A DNA stretch of 57,462 nucleotides from Candidatus Tenderia sp. (GCA_031416075.1 JANOSY010000046.1:1-57462), one strand, 5' to 3'. Positions 42,268-52,970 are shown, numbered from the stretch's first letter. Notes: generated from the sequence alone by a model not told the origin. Numbers and translations are program-made.

Positions 42268-42496
42268 GTACATCTCTCCTAATAATCCATTCTCAACAAA
42301 AAAGGCTCCGATATACGGCACCCATAACACACGACACTTTGTCCTCAACACCAAGACAGTCCCGGCAAAGTATATGCCGGGTGCAAACACAGAAAATAAG
42401 GGGTCAAGTATAGCAGAACTTCCAAAAAAACGGCCACCTCGGAAATTTTGCACGACTATAATACAGGCTGTGCTTCTAACCGCAAACGGAACCTGT

Positions 42497-42846
42497 ATGC
42501 CCTATTTACTGCTACAAACCAACGTTGAGATCCCCTCCGACGGCACAGAAACCCTATTAAAAAATCTATCCACTACCGTCGCCAAGGCCCTGGGGAAACC
42601 CGAAAGTTACGTCATGGTTGCGCTGGAAGTCAGTCGGCCCATGCTGTTTGCCGGCAATATTGAGCCTGCCGCCTACATTGAGTTAAAAAGCATCGGCCTA
42701 CCGGAAACTACAACGGCTTCACTCTCCCGGACGCTTTGTGGCCTGATCGAACAACAGCTGGAGATCAGCCAAGAGCGCATATATATATAGAGTTCTCAAG
42801 CCCCGCCTCCCACCTTTGGGGCTGAAATGGTGAGACATTTCAATAG
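42497..42846 (+). pseudogene. MIF/phenylpyruvate tautomerase family pseudogene
   Basis: N-terminal Pro (MPYL), GKPESYVMV, LKSIG. The frame stops at 42788-42790 in an (AT)5 tract. Removing 2 nt continues EFSSPASHLWG*NGETFQ, with a TGA (42823-42825) where the family has Trp. Confidence 0.85.
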
Positions 42847-42847
42847 A

Positions 42848-43588
42848 CTATAGATCCCCAATGTTGGCAGACAGGAACTGCTCCACCTGTTCCCACGCCT
42901 CCTGCGCCCGGGCCTGGTTGCAACCTGGATAACGCGGATCCAAGAACCCATGCCCCGCACCCACGGTAATAAACCGATTGATTGCAGACGATTTTCTCAA
43001 CGCCAGCTGGTACCCCCTTACGGTGGTGGTACTGATTTCAGCGTCATGCTCAGCAAAAACACCCAAAATCGGCGCACGCAGTTTGTCCACATTCTTACCA
43101 TCTAGGTCCATTTTTCCATACAACACCACGGTCGCGGCCACCTGTTCCGGTGCTAACAGCGCCGCTTGAAATGATTGCCACCCCCCCAATCCAGCGCCAA
43201 CCGTGGCGATAGCGCGCCGCGGTGCCGCCAGATACTTCAACCCCGCCAGGACATCCTGTTTAATCCACTCGGGATCAACACTGTTCATGATCTCGGTGGC
43301 CAGTTTCATCTTGTCTGATGCACGGCCATCAAAGACATCTATCGCCAACACCCGGTACCCCTTCTCTGCCCACCGATCGGCCCACTGTCGCATCGTGCCA
43401 TCAAACCCCCAGCGATCATGGAGCAGCAGGATCGCCCGGCCAGAATCCTCAGGCCCCGCCACATACCCTTGCAGAGTGGTGCCAATGGCTGTATTCAGCG
43501 TCACCGGCTGGCCACCCTCTGCTGCCTGCACCAGTTGAAAAGGCAGAAAAAGAGACAGCAGACCCCATATAAACATCGTTCGCAACAT
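42848..43588 (-). CDS. Exported dienelactone hydrolase family protein (nucleophile Cys absent)
   Basis: Signal peptide, LLHDRWG, GY.VLAID, GAGLGG at the G-x-C-x-G-G position, GAGHGF, A.EAW....FL. Confidence 0.8.
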   Translation of the reverse strand: MLRTMFIWGLLSLFLPFQLVQAAEGGQPVTLNTAIGTTLQGYVAGPEDSGRAILLLHDRWGFDGTMRQWADRWAEKGYRVLAIDVFDGRASDKMKLATEIMNSVDPEWIKQDVLAGLKYLAAPRRAIATVGAGLGGWQSFQAALLAPEQVAATVVLYGKMDLDGKNVDKLRAPILGVFAEHDAEISTTTVRGYQLALRKSSAINRFITVGAGHGFLDPRYPGCNQARAQEAWEQVEQFLSANIGDL

Positions 43589-43785
43589 TTAAGAATCTCC
43601 CACAATAGGGGCTGACCCCATCAAAAAACAGATAACTACTCCCCAGAATTGCAACTTACCATATGCCTGAAAATTTCCCATCTATTGGTTAGATTATTTA
43701 AACCTTAATCGTGCTACAGTCTGCCAGCAGTGCCATACACACCATCAGCTCAGGCCGGACAACCACGGGAAAGGGGTGCCTCTAC

Positions 43786-45102
43786 ATGAACAAATTTGCA
43801 GCAGTTTTCAGCTTTATCACACTCTCAACGGCCCTTTTTTCACCTACTATCTCAGCCCACGAGAAAAGTGACGGTTGGCAGCGCATCAACGCACCGCAAC
43901 ACACCACCGTCAAACTCAACGGTGTTGATCGAGAGATCCACCCTGGCTGCGCCTTTACTGGTGACGATTACTCTTTTTACTTTAAAAAGGGCAAAAGTGA
44001 CAAGCTCGCCATCCTCTTCAACGGTGGTGGCGCTTGCTGGAACAGCACAACATGTCTGGCCTCACTTAACTCATCCGCGCCCAGCTACGTACCCTCCGAT
44101 GAGTTTGCAAACAGTAATCCCCTGCTTCAGGATGGCATGTTAAATCTGAGCAATCCTGACAATCCCTATAAAGATTGGAACATCGCCTTTCTCCCCTACT
44201 GCACTGGCGACATCCATTTTGGCTCCAAGGATACGCTCTACCCAACAGGTCCCAGCAGCGGTCAGACCATCCGCCATCGCGGTTTTGATAACTTTTTGTA
44301 CGCCAGAGAGTGGCTTAAAAGCCGACTGGAGGATAAACACGCCTCTAAGAAACGTCATCACGAGAAAAAACGGCGTCATGACTCCAAGTCTAACGAAAAA
44401 GCAGATAAAGAGCAGGGTATAGAGCAGATTTTAGTGGTGGGATCCAGTGCCGGGGCCTACGGCGCGATCCTTAACTATCCCTACATTAAAGATGCCTTTC
44501 CTGACGCGCAGGGTCATGTGCTCGCCGATGGTGGAAACGGTGTGTTTGTTGACAGCATGTTACAGGCAGCCATCCGTGGCCCTAACTCCTCCTGGAACTT
44601 TGATGCCAACCTATCCCCAGCAGTACCAGGCTTGAGCAGTGTCACCTCACTCAACGCCAACGGCTTCACACCAGCAGTCTATTCGCTCATCACCAACCAC
44701 TATCCTGGCGATAAATTTGCCCAGTACACCACGGTGCATGATGTGATCCAGACCCTCTTTTACAACGTCATGCTCAACAGCAGTGACATCACACAATGGA
44801 ATAATCTGACACCCACTACCTTTGCCACCTGGACCACCGGCATGTTGACTAACAGTTATACCCAGGCCGCCTCACCCAACTACCGCTTTTTTATCGCCCC
44901 TGGCTGCCAACACACTATCCTGCGCTCACCCATCATGTACTCAACCCAAACGGTGGGCGGCACCACGTTTTTGGAATGGATGAAGGGGCTCACCAGCGAT
45001 AAAAACAAATACAGTTGGGACAATCTGATCTGTACCGATATTGGCTGTCAGTTCCAGCCCCTGTCACCGGCACAGATCAACGCCTGCCTGACAGCCCCTT
45101 AA
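43786..45102 (+). CDS. Secreted pectinacetylesterase/Notum-like serine hydrolase
   Basis: Signal peptide, F.GGGACW, PYCTGD.H.G, GSSAGAYG nucleophile elbow, C-terminal H (GCQHT). Confidence 0.85.
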   Translation: MNKFAAVFSFITLSTALFSPTISAHEKSDGWQRINAPQHTTVKLNGVDREIHPGCAFTGDDYSFYFKKGKSDKLAILFNGGGACWNSTTCLASLNSSAPSYVPSDEFANSNPLLQDGMLNLSNPDNPYKDWNIAFLPYCTGDIHFGSKDTLYPTGPSSGQTIRHRGFDNFLYAREWLKSRLEDKHASKKRHHEKKRRHDSKSNEKADKEQGIEQILVVGSSAGAYGAILNYPYIKDAFPDAQGHVLADGGNGVFVDSMLQAAIRGPNSSWNFDANLSPAVPGLSSVTSLNANGFTPAVYSLITNHYPGDKFAQYTTVHDVIQTLFYNVMLNSSDITQWNNLTPTTFATWTTGMLTNSYTQAASPNYRFFIAPGCQHTILRSPIMYSTQTVGGTTFLEWMKGLTSDKNKYSWDNLICTDIGCQFQPLSPAQINACLTAP

Positions 45103-45113
45103 AACAGACTGAC

Positions 45114-45141
45114 CGGGCGGGCGCACACTTGCGCCCGCCCG
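45114..45141. terminator. GC-rich hairpin between convergent genes
   Basis: CGGGCGGGCGCA-CACT-TGCGCCCGCCCG. Confidence 0.7.
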
Positions 45142-45148
45142 CTTCCCG

Positions 45149-47446
45149 TCAAACCGCCTTTTTATAACCATGCTCCTGGCGCAAACTATGGGCCGCCGCC
45201 ACCATCCGTTGCAGCGCCTCATCAACCTCGGGCCACTGCCGCGTTTTCAGACCACAATCGGGATTCACCCAGAGCCGCTCCACCGCGATGTGTGCGGTCG
45301 CTTTCTGCATTAACAAAACCATCTCAGCGATTGTAGGCACATTGGGCGTATGGATGTCGTACACCCCCGGACCGATACCATTGGGATAATGGAACCGCTC
45401 AAATACCTCCAGCAACTCCATGTCAGAGCGTGATGTCTCAATGGTGATCACATCCGCATCCATCGCCGCAATGGCCGCCATGATGTCGTTGAACTCCGAG
45501 TAACACATGTGGGTATGGATCTGCGTCTCATCGGTCACCACCGCCGCCGTGACCTTAAAGGCCCGCACCGCCCAGTCAAGATAGTGCTTCCAGTCCTCCT
45601 GACGTAGCGGCAACCCCTCGCGCAGGGCCGCCTCATCGATCTGAATCACCTTGATGCCCGCCCGTTCAAGATCCGCCACCTCATCACGCAGGGCAAAGGC
45701 GATCTGCAGGCAGCTCACGGCGCGGGGCTGGTCATCACGCACAAAGGACCAGTTGAGGATCGTCACCGGCCCGGTCAACATCCCCTTCATCGGCCTTTTA
45801 GTCAGCGACTGGGCATAACGCGCCCACTCTACGGTCATAGCAGCGGGACGACTCACATCACCATAGATGATCGGGGGTTTAACACAGCGTGAACCGTAGG
45901 ATTGCACCCAGCCGTTCTGGGTGAAGGCAAACCCCTCCAGCTGCTCGCCAAAATATTCCACCATGTCATTACGTTCCGCCTCGCCATGGACCAGCACATC
46001 CAGCCCCAGTTGCTCCTGTGCACCCACGGCAAAGGCGATCTCCTCACGCATGCTCGCCTGATAAACAGCGGGTGTGACAACCCCCTGTTTATACTGCTGG
46101 CGAATCTGACGTATCGCCGCCGTCTGCGGAAAGGAGCCAATAGTAGTGGTCGGAAACAGGGGCAGCTTGAGCCACGCCTGCTGCACAACACTCCTGACAG
46201 AATAGGGTGAATCGCGCTCGATCAGCGTCTCATCAAACGCCTCCAGCCGCGCCTTGACCTCAGCTTCATGGATCCGCCCCGACGCTTTGCGTGCCTGACA
46301 GAGGCGAGCGGAATGGTCCAGCGCCTCGGCCACGGCTGTCACACCCTCGCACAAGGCCCGTTTGATCACTGCCAGCTCGTCCAGCTTCTGCAGTGCAAAG
46401 GCGAGCCAGGACTTGATCTCCGGCTCCAGTTTAACCTCATGAGCAAGATCCACCGGCACATGCAGCAGCGAACAAGAGGGGGCGATCCAGAGCCGCTCCC
46501 CGAGCTGCGCCTTAAGCGGGGCCAGCCACTGCACCAGCTGCGTCAGATCACTGCGCCAGATATTTCGACCATCCACCACGCCTAACGAGAGCACCTTGTA
46601 GTTGGGCAACCAGCTCAATACCGCCGCCACCTCCTCCGGCGCCCGGACCGCATCAATATGGATGCCCGCCACCGGCAGACGACAGAGGGTGGTGAGGTTG
46701 TCACGCAACGGTCCAAAATAGGTGGTCAGCAGCTGTTTTATCCCGCGTGACTGCAACCGTGTATAGACTGCTTCAAAGGCCGTTCGCCACGCCTGCGGCA
46801 GATCCAGCGCCAGGATAGGCTCATCCATCTGTACCCACTCAACACCGCTGCTCTCCAGCCGTTGCAGGATCTCGCCATAGACCGGCAGCAGCGCCTCCAG
46901 CAGCTGCAACTTGTCAAAATCCGCCCCCTTGCCTTTCGCCAGCCAGAGGTAACTCAAAGGCCCCAGCAAGACCGGCTTGACGCGAAACCCCAACGCCTGC
47001 GCCTCCGCCACCTCATTAAACAACTTGTTGGATGAGAGTTTAAAGTTCTGCTCAGCCACCAGCTCCGGCACAATATAGTGGTAGTTGGTATCAAACCATT
47101 TGGTCATCTCGCAGGCGTTGACCGGCTCTCCGCCTGGTGCGCGACCCCGCGCCATACGGAAATAGGTGGTGATATCGACCTCTGCACCAAACCAGTGAAA
47201 ACGCTCCGGCACAACCCCCAGGGTGGCCGACATATCCAGCACCTGGTCATACCAGGAGAAGTCCCCCACCGGCAGCAGCTCCACCCCCGCCGCCGCCTGC
47301 TGCCGCCAGTGCTGCGCCCGCAACCGCCGCCCCAGCTGCTCGAGCTCGGCAAACTCACTGTCGCCACGCCAATACTGCTCCAGCGCCCACTTCAACTCAC
47401 GCTGCGCACCAATACGCGGAAAGCCCAAATTGTGTTGAATCGTCAT
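45149..47446 (-). CDS. metE: Cobalamin-independent methionine synthase
   Basis: [63 protein letters not shown]. Confidence 0.98.
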   Translation of the reverse strand: MTIQHNLGFPRIGAQRELKWALEQYWRGDSEFAELEQLGRRLRAQHWRQQAAAGVELLPVGDFSWYDQVLDMSATLGVVPERFHWFGAEVDITTYFRMARGRAPGGEPVNACEMTKWFDTNYHYIVPELVAEQNFKLSSNKLFNEVAEAQALGFRVKPVLLGPLSYLWLAKGKGADFDKLQLLEALLPVYGEILQRLESSGVEWVQMDEPILALDLPQAWRTAFEAVYTRLQSRGIKQLLTTYFGPLRDNLTTLCRLPVAGIHIDAVRAPEEVAAVLSWLPNYKVLSLGVVDGRNIWRSDLTQLVQWLAPLKAQLGERLWIAPSCSLLHVPVDLAHEVKLEPEIKSWLAFALQKLDELAVIKRALCEGVTAVAEALDHSARLCQARKASGRIHEAEVKARLEAFDETLIERDSPYSVRSVVQQAWLKLPLFPTTTIGSFPQTAAIRQIRQQYKQGVVTPAVYQASMREEIAFAVGAQEQLGLDVLVHGEAERNDMVEYFGEQLEGFAFTQNGWVQSYGSRCVKPPIIYGDVSRPAAMTVEWARYAQSLTKRPMKGMLTGPVTILNWSFVRDDQPRAVSCLQIAFALRDEVADLERAGIKVIQIDEAALREGLPLRQEDWKHYLDWAVRAFKVTAAVVTDETQIHTHMCYSEFNDIMAAIAAMDADVITIETSRSDMELLEVFERFHYPNGIGPGVYDIHTPNVPTIAEMVLLMQKATAHIAVERLWVNPDCGLKTRQWPEVDEALQRMVAAAHSLRQEHGYKKAV

Positions 47447-47501
47447 CCCCTGCTCCTATGGCTATGATTAAGTTGCAGTGAGTATGGAACGCCGCTAGAA
47501 T

Positions 47502-47514
47502 TGAATCAATTTCA
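47502..47514. promoter_or_regulatory. MetR binding site
   Basis: TGAA-TCAAT-TTCA matches TGAA-N5-TTCA in the metE/metR intergenic region. Confidence 0.7.
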
Positions 47515-47547
47515 CAATACTTGTAATTATCATTAGAGAATCTAATA

Positions 47548-48438
47548 ATGTTTATCGAAATTCGCCACCTGCGTAGCCTCCAGGCGATCCAGCAGAGCGG
47601 CAGTCTGGCACGCGCCGCCGAGACCCTGCACCTCACCCAGTCGGCCCTCTCACACCAGATCAAAGCGCTTGAAAACTACTTTGATACCGCGTTGTTTCTT
47701 CGCAGCACCAAGCCTCTTAAACTCACCCATGCCGGGCAAAAGCTGGTGGATATGGCCCATCAGGTACTGCCCGATATCACCACCTTGGAGGCCGATCTGC
47801 ACCGCATGGCCAAGGGCGAGGCGGGACGGCTCCACATCGCCATCGAGTGCCACGCCTGTTTTGAGTGGCTGCTGCCGGTGCTCGACAGCTACCGCCAGCA
47901 GTGGCCCGAGGTTGAGGTGGATATCCGCATCGATGTCAGCTTTAACCCCATCCCCGCGATTCAGAAGGGCGAGATCGATCTGCTCATCAGCTCCGACCCG
48001 GTCGCTAACCCCGATATCGTCTTCAAACCACTCTTCACCTACGCCCCGCTGCTGGTGGCCGCCGCTGGTCACCCGCTGGCCGGCAAAAAATTCATCGAAC
48101 CGGCGGATCTGGCCGACCAGACCCTGATCACCTACCCGGTAAAACGGGAGCGTCTGGATATCTTTACCCGTTTTCTCCAACCCGCCGGCATCGAACCCGC
48201 CACCATCCGCCAGAGCGAACTCACCGCCGTGATCCTGCTGCTGGTGGCCAGCCAGCGTGGTGTGGCCGTTCTGCCCGACTGGGTGCTGCGCGAGTCACTG
48301 CAAAAAAACAGCCTGATCACCCGACCCCTGGGCAAAAACGGCATGTCAGGTCAGCTCTACGCGGCCGTTCGCAGCAGCGACCAGCACGCCGAATTTATCA
48401 CCGACTTCATCGCTTTGGCGCAACAAGGCAACCCATAA
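47548..48438 (+). CDS. metR: LysR family regulator MetR
   Basis: IEIRHLR, LTQSALSHQ, IAIECHACFEWL, ITYPV..ERLD. Divergent from metE. Confidence 0.95.
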   Translation: MFIEIRHLRSLQAIQQSGSLARAAETLHLTQSALSHQIKALENYFDTALFLRSTKPLKLTHAGQKLVDMAHQVLPDITTLEADLHRMAKGEAGRLHIAIECHACFEWLLPVLDSYRQQWPEVEVDIRIDVSFNPIPAIQKGEIDLLISSDPVANPDIVFKPLFTYAPLLVAAAGHPLAGKKFIEPADLADQTLITYPVKRERLDIFTRFLQPAGIEPATIRQSELTAVILLLVASQRGVAVLPDWVLRESLQKNSLITRPLGKNGMSGQLYAAVRSSDQHAEFITDFIALAQQGNP

Positions 48439-48473
48439 ACAGCCCTGAAATAGCACTTGCTCCCCGCTTTTTT

Positions 48474-48521
48474 ATCGTATATCTTGTGCCAAGGCTTCGG
48501 TTGAGACACAAGATGTTGTGC
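48474..48521 (+). promoter_or_regulatory. Tandem NrdR boxes
   Basis: ATCGTATATCTTGTG (48474-48488) and ACACAAGATGTTGTG (48506-48520), 32 bp apart, resembling acaCwAtATaTwGtg, upstream of nrdA. Confidence 0.7.
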
Positions 48522-48692
48522 TCATATCCATAGGGAACCCGGTGTAAATCCGGGACTGTCGCGCAGCGGTAAAGGGGAACAGAGACCACCGGCATTATGC
48601 CAGGCACCGTCCAGATAGACGGCAAGCTGTGGTCCGAGGTGAATCACTATCAGTGGTTCGTGCCCCTAAGTCCGAATACCTGCCGAGGCCGT
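48492..48692 (+). ncRNA. Cobalamin (AdoCbl) riboswitch
   Basis: ATAGGGAA-CCCGGTGTAAATCCGGG-ACTGTCGCGCAGCGGTAA core, B12-box-like TAAGTCCGAATACCTGCC, P1 pairing GGCTTCGG/CCGAGGCC. Confidence 0.9.
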
Positions 48693-48832
48693 CATCACAA
48701 CCGTGATGTAACACCCGGATCTCGCGTCAAGGTCACAGGGTGGAGAGCAGTCACACCTTCTGATCGGGGTCCTCCCCTTTTTGCTCTCCCCTCTCACTTT
48801 GCGCGGTCCCCTAACTTACTGATGAGGGAACC

Positions 48833-51640
48833 ATGCAGACAGAACAGAAAACCAGCCACACCCCCCAACCACGCCCGGACAACAGCGCACAGCTCTGCCA
48901 TTGCGAGGTGATTCGCCGCAACGGCACACTCACCCATTTTAATGCCGACAAAATCAGCGTCGCCCTCAGCCGCGCCTTTCTTGCCGTTGAAGGCACGCAG
49001 GGCGAAGGGTCACGGCGCATCCATGAGATTGTCGAACAGCTCAGCGACGAGATTGTCGCCGCACTGTTTCGCCGTCTGCCACACGGCGGCACACTGCACA
49101 TCGAGGCGATTCAGGATCAGGTAGAACTGGCGCTGATGCGTAACGGTCACCACAAGATCGCCCGCGCCTATGTACTTTACCGGGAAGAGCACACTCGCCA
49201 GCGCGCCGCGCAACAGAACCCACCACAGGAGACCACCCTGCCCAACATCACCGCTGCCGACGGCAGCCGCGCACCACTCGACCAGGCACGGCTCACCACA
49301 CTTATCAACGAGGCGTGCAGCGGCCTGACCGATGTCTCCAGCGACCCAATTCTCAAAGCGACCCTGCACAACCTGTTTGATGGCATCACTGAAAAAGAGC
49401 TGGCACAGGTGCTGGTGATGAGTGGCCGCAGCCTGATCGAACAGGAACCCAACTACTCCTTTGTCGCCGCCCGGCTGCTGCTCGACAGCCTGCGCCAGGA
49501 GGCGTTGAGTTTTCTGGCCGGACACGCCGAGCGTGCCACCCAGGCAGAGATGGCAAACCACTACGCCGACTACTTCAGTCGCTACATCAAACATGCCGCC
49601 GAACTGGAGCTGCTCGACAAAACCCTGACACGCTACGACCTGAAAAGATTAGGCGCTGCGCTGCGCCCGGAGCGTGACCAGCAGTTCACCTATCTTGGGC
49701 TGCAAACCCTCTATGACCGCTACTTTATTCACGCCGGCATCCACGGCAACAATAGCCGCTTTGAGCTGCCACAAGCCTTTTTCATGCGGGTTGCCATGGG
49801 GCTGGCGATCAACGAAATCGACCGTGAGGCGCGGGCCATTGAGTTCTATGAGCTGCTCTCCTCGTTTGATTTCATCTGCTCAACCCCCACGCTGTTCAAC
49901 TCGGGCACCCTGCGCCCGCAGCTCTCCTCCTGCTATCTCACCCACGTGCCCGACGACCTGGATGGCATCTACAGCGCCATCAAAGATAACGCCCTGCTCT
50001 CAAAATTTGCCGGCGGCCTGGGCAATGACTGGAGCGCCGTGCGCGGTCTGGGCGCCGCCATCAAGGGGACCAACGGCACCTCGCAAGGGGTGGTGCCGTT
50101 TCTCAAGGTGGCCAACGACACCGCCGTGGCGGTCAACCAGGGTGGCAAACGTAAAGGGGCCGTCTGTGCCTACCTGGAGACGTGGCACATCGACATTGAG
50201 GAGTTTCTGGATCTGCGTAAAAACACCGGTGACGAACGGCGACGCACCCACGACATGAATACCGCCAACTGGATTCCTGACCTGTTTATGGAACGTGTCG
50301 GCGACGAAGCGCAGTGGACTCTCTTCTCCCCCGACGAGACCCCCGATCTGCATGACCTCTATGGCCAGCCATTCAAAAAGCGCTACGAAGAGTACGAGGC
50401 CAAGGCCGACCGGGGCGAGATGAAGATCTGGAAACGGCTGCCCGCCCTGGCGCTGTGGCGCAAGCTGCTCGGCCAACTGTTTGAGACCGGCCACCCCTGG
50501 ATCACCTTCAAAGATAGCTGCAACCTGCGGTATACCAACCAGCACGTCGGTGTGGTGCACTCATCCAACCTCTGCACCGAGATCACACTGCATACCAATA
50601 ACAATGAGATTGCAGTCTGCAACCTCGGCTCCATCAACCTTGCCGCCCATACCGGTGAGCATGGCATCGACCGCGAAAAGCTCGAACAGACCATCGACAT
50701 CGCCATGCGTATGCTCGACAACGTCATCGACTACAACTACTACTCCGTGCCCCAGGCGCGTAACTCCAACCTGCGCCACCGCCCAGTGGGGCTGGGGTTG
50801 ATGGGATTCCAGGATGCACTTTATATACAGAACATCCCCTACGCCTCAGAGGCGGCCATCCAGTTTGCCGACCACTCCATGGAGCTGATCGCCTACTCCG
50901 CCATCCAGGCATCGACCGATCTGGCGCAGGAGCGTGGCTGTTACTCCAGCTTTGCAGGTTCGCTCTGGAGCCGTGGCATCCTGCCGCTCGACTCTATTGA
51001 ACTACAGGCCGCCGCCCGTGGCGACTCGCTGGAGATGGATCGCAGCAGCCAGCTCGACTGGCACTCACTGCGGCAACGGGTACAGACGGTTGGCATGCGT
51101 AACAGCAACTGTCTCGCCATCGCCCCTACAGCCACCATCGCCAACATCTGTGGCGTCTCACAGTCGATTGAACCGGCCTTCCAGAACCTGTTTGTAAAAT
51201 CCAACCTCTCCGGTGAGTTCACCGTGGTCAACCCCTATCTGGTCAAGGAGCTGAAGGCGCTGGGGCTGTGGGACGAGGTAATGGTCAACGATCTCAAATA
51301 TTTCGACGGCTCCCTGCAAGCCATAGACCGTATTCCCGCCATATTAAAAGAGCGCTACGCCACCGCCTTCGAGATCGACCAGCGCTGGCTGATCGAGGCC
51401 GCCTCACGACGTCAGAAGTGGATCGACCAGTCCCAGTCACTCAACCTCTATCTGGCGGAAGCCAGCGGCCCCACACTCGACAAGCTCTACAAACTGGCGT
51501 GGCGGCGCGGCCTGAAAACCACCTACTACCTACGCACACTGGGCGCCACCAAGATGGAGGGCAGCCAGCAGCGCGAAGTGGCCGAACCAACAACAACGGC
51601 CTGCTCGATCCTTGATCCCTCATGTGAGGCGTGCCAGTAG
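48833..51640 (+). CDS. nrdA: Class Ia ribonucleotide reductase alpha subunit (two ATP-cone-like N-terminal domains)
   Basis: VIRRNG ATP cone, STPTLFN, QLSSCYL, SSNLCTEI, AIAPTAT, GLKTTYYLR, C-terminal CSILDPSCEAC. Confidence 0.96.
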   Translation: MQTEQKTSHTPQPRPDNSAQLCHCEVIRRNGTLTHFNADKISVALSRAFLAVEGTQGEGSRRIHEIVEQLSDEIVAALFRRLPHGGTLHIEAIQDQVELALMRNGHHKIARAYVLYREEHTRQRAAQQNPPQETTLPNITAADGSRAPLDQARLTTLINEACSGLTDVSSDPILKATLHNLFDGITEKELAQVLVMSGRSLIEQEPNYSFVAARLLLDSLRQEALSFLAGHAERATQAEMANHYADYFSRYIKHAAELELLDKTLTRYDLKRLGAALRPERDQQFTYLGLQTLYDRYFIHAGIHGNNSRFELPQAFFMRVAMGLAINEIDREARAIEFYELLSSFDFICSTPTLFNSGTLRPQLSSCYLTHVPDDLDGIYSAIKDNALLSKFAGGLGNDWSAVRGLGAAIKGTNGTSQGVVPFLKVANDTAVAVNQGGKRKGAVCAYLETWHIDIEEFLDLRKNTGDERRRTHDMNTANWIPDLFMERVGDEAQWTLFSPDETPDLHDLYGQPFKKRYEEYEAKADRGEMKIWKRLPALALWRKLLGQLFETGHPWITFKDSCNLRYTNQHVGVVHSSNLCTEITLHTNNNEIAVCNLGSINLAAHTGEHGIDREKLEQTIDIAMRMLDNVIDYNYYSVPQARNSNLRHRPVGLGLMGFQDALYIQNIPYASEAAIQFADHSMELIAYSAIQASTDLAQERGCYSSFAGSLWSRGILPLDSIELQAAARGDSLEMDRSSQLDWHSLRQRVQTVGMRNSNCLAIAPTATIANICGVSQSIEPAFQNLFVKSNLSGEFTVVNPYLVKELKALGLWDEVMVNDLKYFDGSLQAIDRIPAILKERYATAFEIDQRWLIEAASRRQKWIDQSQSLNLYLAEASGPTLDKLYKLAWRRGLKTTYYLRTLGATKMEGSQQREVAEPTTTACSILDPSCEACQ

Positions 51641-51719
51641 CGCGCCCCTCACCACGCCCTGCTCCCTGCCATGCAGGGCCAGGGCAAACAACCATCAAAC
51701 TTAAATTAAGGAAACCACC

Positions 51720-52808
51720 ATGCTCAACTGGGACAGCCCCGTTCTCGACAGACCCGCAACCCCTGCTACCGCAAACCCCACACGGGAGCAGCGGCTTAAC
51801 CTGACCGCGCCAGTCTCAGCCAATGACAAACGGGTCCTGAATGGCCAGACCGATATCAACCAGCTGGCGCCCTTCAAATATCCGTGGGCATGGAACTACT
51901 TTCTCAACGCCAACAAAAACCACTGGACCCCGCTCGACATCAACATGGCGCAAGATATTCAGGACTACCACCACAAACTGAGTCCGGCAGAACGGCATGT
52001 CTATGAAAATGTACTCGCCTACCTCACCACCTCCGACATCCTCGCCATGCGTAACATCGGCCTGGCGGTGATGGAGAAGATGAGCGCACCGGAGTTACAG
52101 ATCTACCAGGCCCGCCAGGTCTACGAAGAGGCGCTGCACACCTGGACCTACCAACACTGCATCGAGACCCTCGGGCTAGACCAGGGAGAGATCTACAACC
52201 GCTACCGTGTAGTGCCCGAAATCAACCGCAAGATCCAGATTGCCAACCGTCGCCTCAGCGCCATCATGCGTCCCGACATGGACTTCAACAATCCGGACGA
52301 ACTCAACACCTTTGTCATCTCCTATCTCTTTTTTGCCGCCGTCTTTGAAGGGTGCTGGTTCTACAACGGCTTCAGCCCCATCTTCTCCCTGCAGCGGCGC
52401 GGCCTCATGAAGGGCACCGCCGAACAGCTGCAATACATCATGCGCGACGAGGTGATGCACGCCGGCTTTGGCATCCGCACCATCAAACAGATCATGGTAG
52501 AGAATCCGGTCACACTCGACCCCCAGGCCCTGCGTGAGATGTGGGACGAGTGCGAAGCAGCCGAGCGCGACTACGCCCACTACCTGCTACCCACCCCGAT
52601 ACTCGGCTACAACGCCGCCGACCATAGCGAACAGTTTCGCTACATCGCCAACCGCCGCGCCCATCAGCTTGGCATCAGCGAACCCTTCCCCGGCGCACAG
52701 TGCAGACTCGTCTGGCTCGATGAGCAGGCCAACATCCGTAAAGAGAAAAATTTCTTTGAGACCCGCGTCACCGAATACCAGACCGGCGCCGGGCTGGCGT
52801 GGACCTGA
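51720..52808 (+). CDS. nrdB: Class Ia ribonucleotide reductase beta subunit
   Basis: PFKYPWAW, D ligand (TSD), EEALH...Y radical Tyr, EG..FY.GF, RDEVMH, NFFETRVTEY. Confidence 0.95.
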   Translation: MLNWDSPVLDRPATPATANPTREQRLNLTAPVSANDKRVLNGQTDINQLAPFKYPWAWNYFLNANKNHWTPLDINMAQDIQDYHHKLSPAERHVYENVLAYLTTSDILAMRNIGLAVMEKMSAPELQIYQARQVYEEALHTWTYQHCIETLGLDQGEIYNRYRVVPEINRKIQIANRRLSAIMRPDMDFNNPDELNTFVISYLFFAAVFEGCWFYNGFSPIFSLQRRGLMKGTAEQLQYIMRDEVMHAGFGIRTIKQIMVENPVTLDPQALREMWDECEAAERDYAHYLLPTPILGYNAADHSEQFRYIANRRAHQLGISEPFPGAQCRLVWLDEQANIRKEKNFFETRVTEYQTGAGLAWT

Positions 52809-52970
52809 CGGGAGAATACCCAGCAAGAATATCGACAGGCTATTCTCACCATCGACATTCGCTCAAACATAGCAAGATCCGGGTCGCGGATGCGTGTTTA
52901 ACTTTTTATATTTAATGGGTACAACACATTTTTTGTTGTACGGAAAATAAATTATAAGAGGTTTCGTACA

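Noticed and set aside
42823-42825. In-frame TGA as selenocysteine or Trp recoding
   Set aside because: The position is Trp rather than Cys in the family, it lies downstream of a frameshift, and TGA is a normal stop for ettA, nrdB and others here.
51720-52808. Atypical (class Ic/Ie) RNR beta subunit
   Set aside because: The Asp first ligand, both ExxH motifs and the radical Tyr are all present, consistent with class Ia.
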